This document shows, in pieces, positions 20,151 to 28,760 of a DNA stretch of 40,104 nt. The position numbers were made by a program, and so were the translations under genes. Source of the DNA: a virus (taxonomy: Duplodnaviria > Caudoviricetes); the IMG/VR virus record IMGVR_UViG_3300046777_001244, positions 1 through 40,104 of that record; one strand, written 5' to 3'. The notes beneath the pieces were generated by a model. The model was not told where the DNA came from. It did no database searches and saw only the letters and a program-made list of their open reading frames with translations. Within the stretch, counting starts at the first letter, position 1. The number at the start of each line of letters is the position of its first letter.

Positions 20151-20362
20151 GACTTCTCCCGCTGGCTAAGCATGGCGTCGGCCATCGTGTATGCGGCCCT
20201 AGCTACGGCGGCATCGTCAAAGACGTTTAAGTTAGCGCTTCCAATGAACGCCTGCATAACCTTCGCCGCGAAGTAGTCTCGCAGGGTCATGCCTTGGTTT
20301 GGATCGCCCCACCCGTCGAGTGGCTTCGTTGTCGGAAACGCCGGTCCACCTGTGTTCTTCAT
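20147..20362 (-). CDS. Conserved phage protein (GGPAFP..GMTLRDYFAA family)
   Basis: Widespread small phage protein motif ending AY..ADAML. Confidence 0.8.
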   Translation of the reverse strand: MKNTGGPAFPTTKPLDGWGDPNQGMTLRDYFAAKVMQAFIGSANLNVFDDAAVARAAYTMADAMLSQREKS

Positions 20363-20553
20363 ACTGCCCCCTTATCCATCATGTGCATAGCCTTACGCAC
20401 AGCGTCTGTCAGGTTGAGCCATTCGTTCCAGCCTACTGCCTGGAAAAACTCCACCTTGACCGCTGAGTCGTCAACGGCCTGCACCGTTGCAACGAGGCGG
20501 TCGTTATCCTTGTCAAAGATATCGATGCGGATTGGGCAAACGGATAGTTTCAT
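20359..20553 (-). CDS. Hypothetical protein
   Basis: Coupled ORF, ATGA overlaps. Confidence 0.65.
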   Translation of the reverse strand: MKLSVCPIRIDIFDKDNDRLVATVQAVDDSAVKVEFFQAVGWNEWLNLTDAVRKAMHMMDKGAV

Positions 20554-20891
20554 TTCATTTCCTTTCCTATAGCTGCTGCTGCGCGAACGATGGCGCGGCG
20601 GGTTTTCTCGGCAATGTCCGAGCCCATGCCGTCATCACAGTGTTCAGTAACCCAGTCGTCCACGGAGCGGCACCAAACGCTGACCATGTGCAGCTTCTCA
20701 AAGCCGATGTCCAAACGCAACTTCATCGCCAACTCAAAGGCATCGCCGGAATTGATGATGGGGTTCCATTGAAAGCCGCGATGGTCAACGCATACACAGT
20801 CGGTGCCTCGCTCAACAATCATGTCGTGATAGATGCGAACCTTAATCCCCGCCGCCTTTGCGGCGTCCTCCAGCAGTTCACGGTCAGTCAT
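20550..20891 (-). CDS. TDRELLE/WNP..GDA/RRAIVRAAA family protein (phage ABA-sandwich-like), paralogue 1
   Basis: Motifs shared with 21928, 30790, 31074. Confidence 0.7.
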   Translation of the reverse strand: MTDRELLEDAAKAAGIKVRIYHDMIVERGTDCVCVDHRGFQWNPIINSGDAFELAMKLRLDIGFEKLHMVSVWCRSVDDWVTEHCDDGMGSDIAEKTRRAIVRAAAAIGKEMK

Positions 20892-21181
20892 GGGTTCACC
20901 TTTTGGCTAACGATCATCTTCTCCAGTTCACCTACCAAGTGAGCCGCTATGGTTATCCCATCCACCCCGATAGACTGGCACCACTGATCCTGCTCAACGT
21001 AGGAGATCATGTCTCGGACTGCTTTGTTATACCCACCGTTGAAGGAGTCATCACCTTCGATGATCATGGTGATGGCATCCCGAACCAAGGCCGATGCTTT
21101 GCGGCTACCAGCGGCCTCCTTCAGTTTGTTGTAGATGTCCTCTCGGAGATGAACCGAGTAAGGGACTAGCCTTTTTTCCAT
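20888..21181 (-). CDS. Ribbon-helix-helix DNA-binding protein
   Basis: Start MEKRL; YSVHLREDIYNKL..ASALVRDAI pattern. Confidence 0.6.
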   Translation of the reverse strand: MEKRLVPYSVHLREDIYNKLKEAAGSRKASALVRDAITMIIEGDDSFNGGYNKAVRDMISYVEQDQWCQSIGVDGITIAAHLVGELEKMIVSQKVNP

Positions 21182-21576
21182 GCTTGGAACTCCTGGTTGA
21201 TTTGACGCAGCTTCGCCGCAGCCGCTGGGTTGGTAGCCAGTTCCCGGCGAGATTCGATATCGCAATGAGCCTTGATCCATGACGTAGCCTCGTCCTCATC
21301 GGCATCAAAGATGTGCCCCTCACCCAGCAGCCACCGCTGAAACTCTGGGTTGCGAGGAAGCATCCCGGCCAGCTTGACGATCTCAGAGAAGTTGTCCCGG
21401 TTCAGGGGCTTCTCGTCATCACCAAGCCTGACCATTACCACCTGATACCGAGCGCCTACGAAGTCGCGCATCAAGGGCTCGGGCAGATCGTCCGGGTGAA
21501 CTCGGAGGGTCAGAATGTAACCCTCCTTGTCCTGCTTCATGGCGACCTTGATCGCCTCGTATTGAAGGGTGTCCAT
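21166..21576 (-). CDS. Conserved phage hypothetical protein
   Basis: Start MDTLQY; AGMLPRNPEFQRWL..CDIESRREL motif. Confidence 0.7.
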   Translation of the reverse strand: MDTLQYEAIKVAMKQDKEGYILTLRVHPDDLPEPLMRDFVGARYQVVMVRLGDDEKPLNRDNFSEIVKLAGMLPRNPEFQRWLLGEGHIFDADEDEATSWIKAHCDIESRRELATNPAAAAKLRQINQEFQAWKKG

Positions 21577-21577
21577 G

Positions 21578-21931
21578 TCAGAAGGGCGGGTCGTTGTCAA
21601 AGTCGTCAGACTTCTTCGGCTTGGCTTCTTCCCGCTTGCCCTGCAGCGCAATGTCGTTCACCCGCACGTTCATGGACTTCTTGGCGTTTCCATCCTTGTC
21701 GGTCCACTCACGCTCGGAGACAGAACCAGACACCGCTACCGCTTGGCCTTTGGTGAGGTACTGAGCAAGAGACTCAGCACGCTTGCCGAAGAGTTGGCAG
21801 TTCCACCAGATCGTGGGCTTGTCCCGCCCAGCAGAATCTGCCACGGAGAAGTTAACAACTGCATCCCCGTTTGGGAGATGCCGCAGTTCGGCGTCACGGC
21901 CCAGAGAGCCCGCCAAAAAAATTGAGTTCAT
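21578..21931 (-). CDS. ssb: Single-stranded DNA-binding protein
   Basis: GSLGRDAELR, FGKRAE, LTKGQ, acidic tail ending DPPF. Confidence 0.93.
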   Translation of the reverse strand: MNSIFLAGSLGRDAELRHLPNGDAVVNFSVADSAGRDKPTIWWNCQLFGKRAESLAQYLTKGQAVAVSGSVSEREWTDKDGNAKKSMNVRVNDIALQGKREEAKPKKSDDFDNDPPF

Positions 21932-22242
21932 TTCATTTCCTTTCCGATTGCTGCTGCTGCACGAACGATGGCGCGGCGGGTGGCGGCAAGAGGGTCTTCA
22001 CCGTTACGCTCGATGAACACTTCCTTTTGCGTAAATTCTTGCCCGCAAATAGCCACATCGTCATATGAACAATTTACGGTTAGCCGCAAATTCACAGCCA
22101 GACGCAGCGCATCGCCGTCGTCGTTGATTGGGTTCCAGTATTCGCGGCCAGCATCGTTGATCAATCTGATGTAGTTCTGTCCTGGCCTGTAAGCCGCATA
22201 TGCGGCCTCAAGCAGTTCTCTATCAGTCGGACTCGTGTTCAT
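21928..22242 (-). CDS. TDRELLE family protein, paralogue 2
   Basis: WNPINDDGDALRLAV..ATRRAIVRAAAAIGKEMK. Confidence 0.7.
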   Translation of the reverse strand: MNTSPTDRELLEAAYAAYRPGQNYIRLINDAGREYWNPINDDGDALRLAVNLRLTVNCSYDDVAICGQEFTQKEVFIERNGEDPLAATRRAIVRAAAAIGKEMK

Positions 22243-23012
22243 TGGAAAGAATCCTTCTTGGTTTTGAAAGCGGACATGAGATCCTTGTGGCACTCGGGAT
22301 CAATGGACTTCACCTTGTCAAACAAAGCCCGGTTGACCTGAAAGACCTGCATGACGTCAGCCTGAGACGTAGCCTGCTCCAGCGCAACAACAGCGGCCTC
22401 AGAGACGATGTTGATGAAGTCAGTAGGCGTGGCGTCAGGCTTAGTTTTAACGGTGATCTGGAACCGACCGGCTTCGCCTTCCATCTTGGCCGGGGGCTTT
22501 GAGGGAGGAGTGGGCTTCTTGGCAGATGACTCTTCGGCCTCTTGCTGCTTTCGTTCCGTCCATTCTTTAGCGGCCTCGGCAACATACTTGCTGTCATCCC
22601 AGCGGCCACTGAAGATGTCGCCAGCAAAGCCCAAGTAACTAGCGCACTTCACCAGCGCGTCAGTAACGGACTTCTTGGGCGCATCTTCATCCAGCATGAA
22701 CTTCCCAGCGCCAGTGGTGTAGCTGGATTTGGTTTGACCGATCTGCTCCAACTCACCGCGCTGGCCGTCCAGCACGTACCAAAAGCGCACAGATGCAATG
22801 TGCAACGTATCGGTATCGCTGAAACGCTCAAAGCGTTCGTTGAGGATGTTGAAACCCCAGCCAATACCGCAGGGGCCAAACTCATCTGTCAGGCGCTCAA
22901 CAATCCAGTACGGCTTAGGGCTGTTGCCGTTGTACTGCTTGCCTGTGATGGGCTTGACTGCTTTGGGGTCGGTGGTGAACACGCGCCCCCATAGGGCTTT
23001 GTTCTTGATCAT
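22239..23012 (-). CDS. Rad52/22-like (Sak-type) single-strand annealing protein
   Basis: FGPCGIGWG and KKSVTDALVKCASYLGFAGDIF motifs; beside SSB and exonuclease. Confidence 0.75.
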   Translation of the reverse strand: MIKNKALWGRVFTTDPKAVKPITGKQYNGNSPKPYWIVERLTDEFGPCGIGWGFNILNERFERFSDTDTLHIASVRFWYVLDGQRGELEQIGQTKSSYTTGAGKFMLDEDAPKKSVTDALVKCASYLGFAGDIFSGRWDDSKYVAEAAKEWTERKQQEAEESSAKKPTPPSKPPAKMEGEAGRFQITVKTKPDATPTDFINIVSEAAVVALEQATSQADVMQVFQVNRALFDKVKSIDPECHKDLMSAFKTKKDSFQ

Positions 23013-23227
23013 GATGCCTCCACTGGAGTGAACGTGCAGAAGCTGCGTCGGACCGTGACGGACTCCCCTGCATCACGCTCGTTGTAGTCGAGCATGGCTT
23101 TGGCCTTGCCGTTGGTGATGAGGACATCGACCCAAGTGTCGCCAACCCGCGTGAGGATGCCGACAAACGTACCCTTGCGGCTGCTGGTGACGCGGTAGGT
23201 CTTTCCGACCTGGATTTCCGCGCTCAT
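23009..23227 (-). CDS. Hypothetical protein
   Basis: Coupled ORF. Confidence 0.65.
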   Translation of the reverse strand: MSAEIQVGKTYRVTSSRKGTFVGILTRVGDTWVDVLITNGKAKAMLDYNERDAGESVTVRRSFCTFTPVEAS

Positions 23228-23475
23228 GCTGCTTGCTCAACTGGAGTGACAATTTTGACGACAGGCTTCTTGCCCGGTTTGCGTCCAGGCTTCTTGGCGG
23301 GACGGCCTGCCTTGGTGAGACGCACTGTGCCAGCGCTTGTGGCTTCCAGCATCTTATTGAGTGCAGTCACAGTCGTCACCGGCTTGGCTTCCAGCTTCGC
23401 CAGAATTTTGGCGGCAGTCTCTTGCACGGCGTGGATAACGAACTTCACTTCTGTTTCATTCAGGTTGATCAACAC
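23224..23475 (-). CDS. Small basic protein with AT-hook-like GRP/GRKP tail
   Basis: KAGRPAKKPGRKPGKK. Confidence 0.6.
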   Translation of the reverse strand: MLINLNETEVKFVIHAVQETAAKILAKLEAKPVTTVTALNKMLEATSAGTVRLTKAGRPAKKPGRKPGKKPVVKIVTPVEQAA

Positions 23476-24364
23476 TTTGGTTCTCCTTCAGGTATGTCTG
23501 ATGTTGGCTGCAAAATTTAGAGACTTGGCAGTAGGACCTGCAGCGCGTCCTCTCGCCGGGGCGGATTTCGATGGCAAATTTTTCGTTCTTCTTGGCAGAC
23601 TTCTCAGCCTCCGCAAGCGCAGCGTTTGCCTCCTCTACGCTTGAGTGAACTGACTTCGCTCTCACACCTCCTTCTTTCTTGATGGCCCAGGTGCTGGGCT
23701 TCTCCCACATATCATCGGATGAGCACTCAGGCAAAGCGCCCTCAGTGTCTGCCTCAAACATGGCCGAGGAATGATCGGTCAAGCGGGACTGGATGAACTG
23801 CTCACGCTCTTCCGGGCTCCACAATTTAATGGGGATGGTGACGATTGGGGCTTGGGGATAACCCTCCTTCTGCGCTTCACGGGCCGACCAGTCACGGATG
23901 ATCGCCACGATGGAAAGTTTGGTGACGGGGATCTTCTTGACCTTCTCAACCAGATGAGCATAGACGTTCAACTGGTGCGTCCAGTCAGACTTCTCGTTCA
24001 TCACCGCCCAAGCACTGGTGGTTTTGTAGTCGCTGATCTCAATCCCATCCGGGGTTACGATCTGCAGATCAATGGCGCCAGACAGAACCCAGCCGGAGAA
24101 CTCTGCGAACAGACGCTCCTCGATGATGTGGCTGTCCCCCTTGCCATGCTCCAAGATATGGTGGATGGCCGAGCCGAACAGTTGCCACACCATCTCACTG
24201 GCGTCTTGCTCAATGTCTTCCCAGTGCTTGCGCTTGAGTTGAACAATGCGAGGGCTGTTCAGAAGTTCTGTGCATGAGATATGCGCATCGCCTTTGCTGT
24301 ACGTTGGGCGGTGGAGCGCGTTCAGTACCGACTCGGGCAGGTGGTGCAAGTTAGTTATGCGCAT
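23456..24364 (-). CDS. PD-(D/E)XK exonuclease (Cas4/RecB-like)
   Basis: GSAIH, SGAIDL, DYKT, QLNVY, C-terminal C..YC....FC. Confidence 0.85.
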   Translation of the reverse strand: MRITNLHHLPESVLNALHRPTYSKGDAHISCTELLNSPRIVQLKRKHWEDIEQDASEMVWQLFGSAIHHILEHGKGDSHIIEERLFAEFSGWVLSGAIDLQIVTPDGIEISDYKTTSAWAVMNEKSDWTHQLNVYAHLVEKVKKIPVTKLSIVAIIRDWSAREAQKEGYPQAPIVTIPIKLWSPEEREQFIQSRLTDHSSAMFEADTEGALPECSSDDMWEKPSTWAIKKEGGVRAKSVHSSVEEANAALAEAEKSAKKNEKFAIEIRPGERTRCRSYCQVSKFCSQHQTYLKENQSVDQPE

Positions 24365-24639
24365 GATTGCTCTTCTATTTTTGCAATGGAGGCACGAGCT
24401 TTACTTACGGCTATGTCGTGAAGGTCTTGGTTGTAGTGCCCTTTGGAAATCAGCCATGTTGCATCATGCAGATGCTTCAACGCCTCCACCAGATTCGAGA
24501 TGATTTCATCGGCCGCGCTGCGCTCCGTATGCAACCGGCGCAGTTCCGCTGCGGCAGCATGTGATGCTTCCCGGTAGCCCCAAGTGGTTGTTGGGTCTTG
24601 CTCAATGATGTCGGCAAGACGATGTGCTTCTGATCTCAT
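24355..24639 (-). CDS. Hypothetical protein (RLA..AAAELRRLH module)
   Basis: Module shared with 27787, 28110, 28322. Confidence 0.65.
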   Translation of the reverse strand: MRSEAHRLADIIEQDPTTTWGYREASHAAAAELRRLHTERSAADEIISNLVEALKHLHDATWLISKGHYNQDLHDIAVSKARASIAKIEEQSCA

Positions 24640-24881
24640 GCTTGCTCCAGTTCAAACTGTGCATCCAAGACTGACTGGCCGTACTTCATCAGGTTCCAGA
24701 TGTCGTCTCTTTCCTGCTCAAGCGGGCGGGAACCTACGAACTCAATGCGCCAACCTTCTTTGCCACGCTTCCACCAAAGAACGGTGTAGCAAAAAGGATC
24801 ACGGTCTTCTTGCTTAACCCAGCAGATGATCTCTGGATCTCGTCCATCCTTCTGGCAGAACTCCAAGTTCTTGTACTTCAC
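24636..24881 (-). CDS. Hypothetical protein
   Basis: GTG start coupled to upstream stop. Confidence 0.6.
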   Translation of the reverse strand: MKYKNLEFCQKDGRDPEIICWVKQEDRDPFCYTVLWWKRGKEGWRIEFVGSRPLEQERDDIWNLMKYGQSVLDAQFELEQA

Positions 24882-25099
24882 TTCAGCACTCCTCTCCAGG
24901 GAAGTTGCTGACGGGGCGCAGGTACAAACGCTTTCCCATCCAGCATGGCGTTTTCTACGGTGAAATTACCAAGCCCCCATTCCTTACCATTCCAGTAGCA
25001 ATACTGAAGTTGCTTGGATTTGCCATAGGTGTACTCCCGTTGGTACACGCCCTTGCGAACGGGCTTGGCTGAGCCAGGGAACCAATCAGTGAGGTTCAT
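24878..25099 (-). CDS. Hypothetical protein (TDWFP..KPVRKGVY..WRG family)
   Basis: Start MNLTDWF after GGAGG. Confidence 0.7.
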   Translation of the reverse strand: MNLTDWFPGSAKPVRKGVYQREYTYGKSKQLQYCYWNGKEWGLGNFTVENAMLDGKAFVPAPRQQLPWRGVLK

Positions 25100-25623
25100 G
25101 CTGCCTCCGCTTTCTTGATGGCGGCGCGGGCTTTGTCTGCGCGCATTGCCCCATACGCAGGGTCTTCTTCCCAAACCTCCAGCATTGCTTTCAACGCCTC
25201 CAGCAGTTCGCCGTTCGCCGCCTTCAAGTCTTCAATCTGTAGCTCATACCCAATCCTTTCTCGTTTTGGAAATCGCCATTTATCAAATTCAAAATTTACA
25301 TCGGGCTTATTTCCGAGTCGTGATGTAACGTAGCAGAGCATGGCCGCGTGTAGTTCGCTATGTCCATAGCACACCACATCTCCCTTGGTGGCCTGCCAAC
25401 TCCTGCCAATGCACCAGCCCGACTCCAAAGGAACCTGAGAGGTTGTGATTTGTTCCCTCTCAATGATCGGACGGCCATATGTCTCGTTCGTCAAATATGG
25501 CAGAGACAAGGCGCCGAATGGCGTAAGCCCCTCGTCTAGCGTCTTGCGCTCCCCTAGCGGCTCAAATCCGATCATGCGGCCTTCAAGTAGTGCAACTAGC
25601 AACGTGAGTTTGTTGCTTGTCAT
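25096..25623 (-). CDS. NinX/DUF2591-like protein fused to an ELLEALK module
   Basis: GRPIIEREQI..G.SELHAAMLCYVTSRLG motif. Confidence 0.55.
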   Translation of the reverse strand: MTSNKLTLLVALLEGRMIGFEPLGERKTLDEGLTPFGALSLPYLTNETYGRPIIEREQITTSQVPLESGWCIGRSWQATKGDVVCYGHSELHAAMLCYVTSRLGNKPDVNFEFDKWRFPKRERIGYELQIEDLKAANGELLEALKAMLEVWEEDPAYGAMRADKARAAIKKAEAA

Positions 25624-25625
25624 TC

Positions 25626-25856
25626 CTACTGCCCCCTTGCGCGGATGGCGTCGGCGCATAGCACGCCAATCATCACGGCGTTTTCTTCGCACACCTTCGC
25701 ACACGCCTCGCGCTCGGCGGCAGCAACACGGTTGGCAAAGCGGGCAAGCTCATCCGGTGTAAACACAATCCCGTCACCATTGCCAACGGTTACGTGTTTG
25801 ATTTCGGTAGAGGCACCAGCCTCCCGCGCCATGCGGATAATGTCTTCACGGTTCAT
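25626..25856 (-). CDS. Hypothetical protein (REDIIRMAREAG + AEREACA modules)
   Basis: Shared modules. Confidence 0.7.
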   Translation of the reverse strand: MNREDIIRMAREAGASTEIKHVTVGNGDGIVFTPDELARFANRVAAAEREACAKVCEENAVMIGVLCADAIRARGQ

Positions 25857-26053
25857 GCTTTCACCTTCATCTTCTTAACGTGCTTGGCCCTTACATCAGG
25901 GTCAAGGTCCATGATGAGTTCCCAGATCACCGCCACGGCTATGCCGTACCGGCCAGCCACCTGGTTCGCTGCGGTATCGGACTCGTAATTTTTGTGGTAC
26001 TTCCGAGCCTGTCGCTCCAAGTACGCCTCAACATCTTTAGAATCAAGGTGCAT
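25853..26053 (-). CDS. Hypothetical protein, first gene of leftward operon
   Basis: Start MHLDSK after CAGGAG. Confidence 0.65.
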   Translation of the reverse strand: MHLDSKDVEAYLERQARKYHKNYESDTAANQVAGRYGIAVAVIWELIMDLDPDVRAKHVKKMKVKA

Positions 26054-26075
26054 GTTGTGTTCTCCTGTGTGATGG

Positions 26076-26120
26076 ATTGGACCTGAACCTATCAGGTATG
26101 TCAACTAGGGGTTTACCCTA
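26076..26120 (-). promoter_or_regulatory. Leftward sigma70-like promoter with operator-like palindromes
   Basis: - strand TTGACA-17-TCCAAT; ACCTGA-N5-TCAGGT in spacer; TAGGG-N5-CCCTA abutting the -35. Confidence 0.6.
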
Positions 26121-26404
26121 TGAGAAGAGTTGCGCGGCGTGATGCCAATGAGAGAAGGGTGATCGACGCTCTACGGGCGTGCGGTGCTTACGTGAAGCAG
26201 ATCAACGACGAGGGAGCCTTCGATCTGCTGGTGTTCTACCGTGGGCATACGCTCTTGCTTGAGGTCAAAGACGGGGACAAGCCCCCCTCGGCCCGGGCGC
26301 TTACGCCAGCAGAAGCTAAATTTCACGCTGAGTGGCCCGGCAAAAATTTGTACATCGTCAACTCAGAGCATGAAGCGCTGGACATCCTGACGCGTTGTGT
26401 GTAG
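26120..26404 (+). CDS. VRR-NUC / Holliday-junction-resolvase-like nuclease
   Basis: RRDANE, FDLLV, LLEVKDG, LTPAE..F...W. Confidence 0.8.
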   Translation: MRRVARRDANERRVIDALRACGAYVKQINDEGAFDLLVFYRGHTLLLEVKDGDKPPSARALTPAEAKFHAEWPGKNLYIVNSEHEALDILTRCV

Positions 26405-26407
26405 CAT
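26379..26407 (+). promoter_or_regulatory. Putative promoter for small RNA
   Basis: TGGACA-17-TAGCAT; GTGTAGCATCGGG also present in the promoter at 32113-32125 (- strand). Confidence 0.5.
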
Positions 26408-26413
26408 CGGGAT

Positions 26414-26489
26414 GCCACGGTCCTCCCCCGTGGTTCTCCTGATCCGGTTGTAGTCCGGTTGAGCCCTGGGTGTCCGGGGCTCTTTTTTT
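26414..26489 (+). ncRNA. Candidate anti-Shine-Dalgarno small RNA (~75 nt)
   Basis: Hairpin GCCACGG-UCCUCCC-CCGUGGU, unpaired UCUCCUGA, second hairpin, intrinsic terminator. Confidence 0.5.
26461..26489 (+). terminator. Rho-independent terminator
   Basis: GAGCCCTGG-GTGT-CCGGGGCTC followed by T7. Confidence 0.85.
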
Positions 26490-26492
26490 AGA

Positions 26493-26717
26493 TCAGGGCA
26501 TCTCCAACGTCTTGAGCCGAGGCATACGCGGATCGACGCGGGGCAGTGTTGACAACACATCCTCCTTCTTTATAGGAGTAGAGGAAAGGCCAACAATTTT
26601 TTCCTCCGTGTTGAACCTGTGCAGGTTGGCGCACTGGTAGCGACGGCGGCGGGTGCCATCTCTCCTGAGAACCGACTCCAGAACTTCCGTCCATGTTCCG
26701 CACTGAGGACATTTCAT
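26493..26717 (-). CDS. NrdR-like Zn-ribbon protein
   Basis: MKCPQCG..V.ES..RRRRYQC..HRFNT.E. Confidence 0.7.
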   Translation of the reverse strand: MKCPQCGTWTEVLESVLRRDGTRRRRYQCANLHRFNTEEKIVGLSSTPIKKEDVLSTLPRVDPRMPRLKTLEMP

Positions 26718-27202
26718 TCCTCCTTGCCCCGAAAAGTTGCCACTGTATATTTGAGACGGCACCACCAGCACGATTTGGTTCTGTCGGAGCGCAGTTCCAT
26801 GTTTTGCAGTAGCAATGCGTTGTGATGTAGAGAAAGCAAGTGATACGCTTTTTCAGCGTTCTTTAAGTTTCGTTTATATGCCTCGATGAAGTCGTCTCGC
26901 GTAACCAAATTTCGGTTTGCTTCAAGGTAGTGAATCGCGTAGTCGGCATACTTGCGAGCCCACTCTTCTTGCTTGGCGGCGTCAGTGATATGAACACCTT
27001 GCAGAAACTCTCGCGCCCGCCAAGCCGCTAACGAACCAAAATAGTCCTTGTTCTTTGCAGCTTCCCAAGCGTCATACGCGGCGTAAACGCTCCGCTCCGC
27101 GCACAAGCGGTCCCATTCTTTGCCAACGCCTTTTTCATACGCAAAGGGCGTGTGGTCTTTGAGAGCGGCCCATAGACGGTCTTCGTGTTCTTGAAATGTC
27201 AT
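26714..27202 (-). CDS. Hypothetical protein
   Basis: 162-aa ORF with GGAG RBS. Confidence 0.65.
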   Translation of the reverse strand: MTFQEHEDRLWAALKDHTPFAYEKGVGKEWDRLCAERSVYAAYDAWEAAKNKDYFGSLAAWRAREFLQGVHITDAAKQEEWARKYADYAIHYLEANRNLVTRDDFIEAYKRNLKNAEKAYHLLSLHHNALLLQNMELRSDRTKSCWWCRLKYTVATFRGKEE

Positions 27203-27217
27203 TTCATTCTCCTTTCC

Positions 27218-27388
27218 TTATGCCCGCAGGTCTTCATACACAGACCACCAGCGTTTCCACTCGCGTACTTGGCACTCAACTAGAGAACCACGACCGCGCA
27301 TCGTGTCGAAAAAACCAACCAGCACGGGAAGCCAACAGAGCAACAGACCTGTCAGCGCAAAAACAATGTTTTGTAGTGCTCTTAGCAT
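27218..27388 (-). CDS. Small membrane protein
   Basis: Start MLRALQ after AGGAG; hydrophobic stretch; flanked by 14-bp direct repeats. Confidence 0.55.
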   Translation of the reverse strand: MLRALQNIVFALTGLLLCWLPVLVGFFDTMRGRGSLVECQVREWKRWWSVYEDLRA

Positions 27389-27389
27389 T

Positions 27390-27578
27390 TCATTCTCCTG
27401 CTTTCTCCACAAAATCTCCATTAGGGCACGGGCCATGCCCGGTCCACGGGCCGATCCACGACTGACGCTCTGCCTTGGGATGCACAGGGCTGTTATTCAC
27501 ATTCCGTTGACAGGTCTTGCACTGCTCAAGCAACGGGTTGCTCACGCAGCGGGCGAAGTCTTGGGGTAGGTAGTTCAT
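27390..27578 (-). CDS. Cys-rich hypothetical protein (LP.D.ARC..C..C.R)
   Basis: Start MNYLPQDFARC coupled to upstream stop. Confidence 0.65.
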   Translation of the reverse strand: MNYLPQDFARCVSNPLLEQCKTCQRNVNNSPVHPKAERQSWIGPWTGHGPCPNGDFVEKAGE

Positions 27579-27790
27579 TTCTTCCCCCTTGCTCTGATTG
27601 CTGCGGCGCAATCCTGAGCTATCCACTCAATGCTGTAAAACTCCTCGCACGCAGTAGCACACGCCTCGCGCTCGGCGGCGAGCAGCGCGTTGACGCCCTC
27701 AATCGTGAACAGGTATTCGACTTCGGCGTTCTGCTCCTGCACGGGCTTGCCGTGCTGGCGTGCCAGATTGATGATGTCGTCGCGGGTCAT
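27575..27790 (-). CDS. Hypothetical protein (TRDDII + AEREACA modules)
   Basis: Shared modules, ATGA coupling. Confidence 0.65.
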   Translation of the reverse strand: MTRDDIINLARQHGKPVQEQNAEVEYLFTIEGVNALLAAEREACATACEEFYSIEWIAQDCAAAIRARGKK

Positions 27791-28113
27791 GTGTTCCCCC
27801 TTGCGCGAATAGCGGCGGCGCACGAAGACGGAGTTACGCGAAGCCTGGCAGGGCACGAATTGCCCCACTGGTCGCTCCCATCGACCCACCTGTTTTTCTG
27901 CTGCTCACACACCTTCGCACACGCCTCGCGCTCGGCCTCCACCTCAATCTGAATCTCACGCTCGTAGCTCTGCTGCTGCAGGGCCAGGGTGCGGTTGAGT
28001 TCGTTGACCTCCGCATGCAGGCGGCGCAGTTCGGCTGCGGCTTTGTTGTGCATGGTCGTGTTGTATGACGCAGCCCAATCAGCCAGCCGCAGGGCGGTAG
28101 GTTGTTCACTCAT
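27787..28113 (-). CDS. Hypothetical protein (SEQP.ALRLA + AAAELRRLH + AEREACA modules)
   Basis: Shared modules. Confidence 0.7.
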   Translation of the reverse strand: MSEQPTALRLADWAASYNTTMHNKAAAELRRLHAEVNELNRTLALQQQSYEREIQIEVEAEREACAKVCEQQKNRWVDGSDQWGNSCPARLRVTPSSCAAAIRARGNT

Positions 28114-28325
28114 GTTCCCTCCTCTGTAGCCCGTGCGATAGCTGCGCGGGCAACCTCAGTCGCATTCACTCCAACGCTGCACCCATCGACGTAGTTCTTC
28201 AGCGCCTCCAGCAGTTCCCCGTTCAGGGCGTGCAGGCGGCGCAGTTCGGCGGCAGACCTGTGTTGCCCGACATGAGGCAGGTCAAGGTAATCAGCCAGAC
28301 TTAGGGCTTCGGGTTGTATGGTCAC
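28110..28325 (-). CDS. Hypothetical protein (AAELRRLH + NGELLEALK modules)
   Basis: Shared modules. Confidence 0.65.
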   Translation of the reverse strand: MTIQPEALSLADYLDLPHVGQHRSAAELRRLHALNGELLEALKNYVDGCSVGVNATEVARAAIARATEEGT

Positions 28326-28522
28326 TTCAGTTCTCCTTCACAAGCAATGGTTGCGTTGACGGCTTCCTCGTCGTCGCCGCATGCCCTCCACAAGGCGTCC
28401 TTCAGCACTTGGTTGTTGTGGTGCAACCGGCGCAGTTCGGCGGCGGCTTCGTCATTGATGTCGTTGCCGTAGCGGCTTTGAATGAGGGCAGCCAGCCGCA
28501 GGGCGGCAGGTTGTTCACTCAT
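28322..28522 (-). CDS. Hypothetical protein (SEQP.ALRLA module)
   Basis: First 33 nt match 27787-28113 at 32/33. Confidence 0.7.
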   Translation of the reverse strand: MSEQPAALRLAALIQSRYGNDINDEAAAELRRLHHNNQVLKDALWRACGDDEEAVNATIACEGELK

Positions 28523-28760
28523 GGTTCTTCTCCTTCAGTGCGGCCTCGATGGCGCGGGCGCATTCCCACGCATCAACGGCATTGCTCGCCATCTGGTCAA
28601 CTTCCTCATTCGTCAGGTCTTGCCACTCGCGGCGGGGTGGATCTTTTTTTGCAGCGTCATACGCACCGCGCAGCGTGTTGATTTGCGCCTGATGAATTTC
28701 CTCGCTCAGATCGTCTGTCCGCAGGATGGACTCAATCGCGGCCGATAAAGCGTCTGTCAT
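28515..28760 (-). CDS. Hypothetical protein (PPRREW..ARAIEAALK module)
   Basis: C-terminus shared with 28757-30079. Confidence 0.65.
   Translation of the reverse strand: MTDALSAAIESILRTDDLSEEIHQAQINTLRGAYDAAKKDPPRREWQDLTNEEVDQMASNAVDAWECARAIEAALKEKNHE

Noticed and set aside
23456-24364. CRISPR-associated cas4
   Set aside because: No array or other cas genes; context with annealase and SSB indicates a recombination exonuclease
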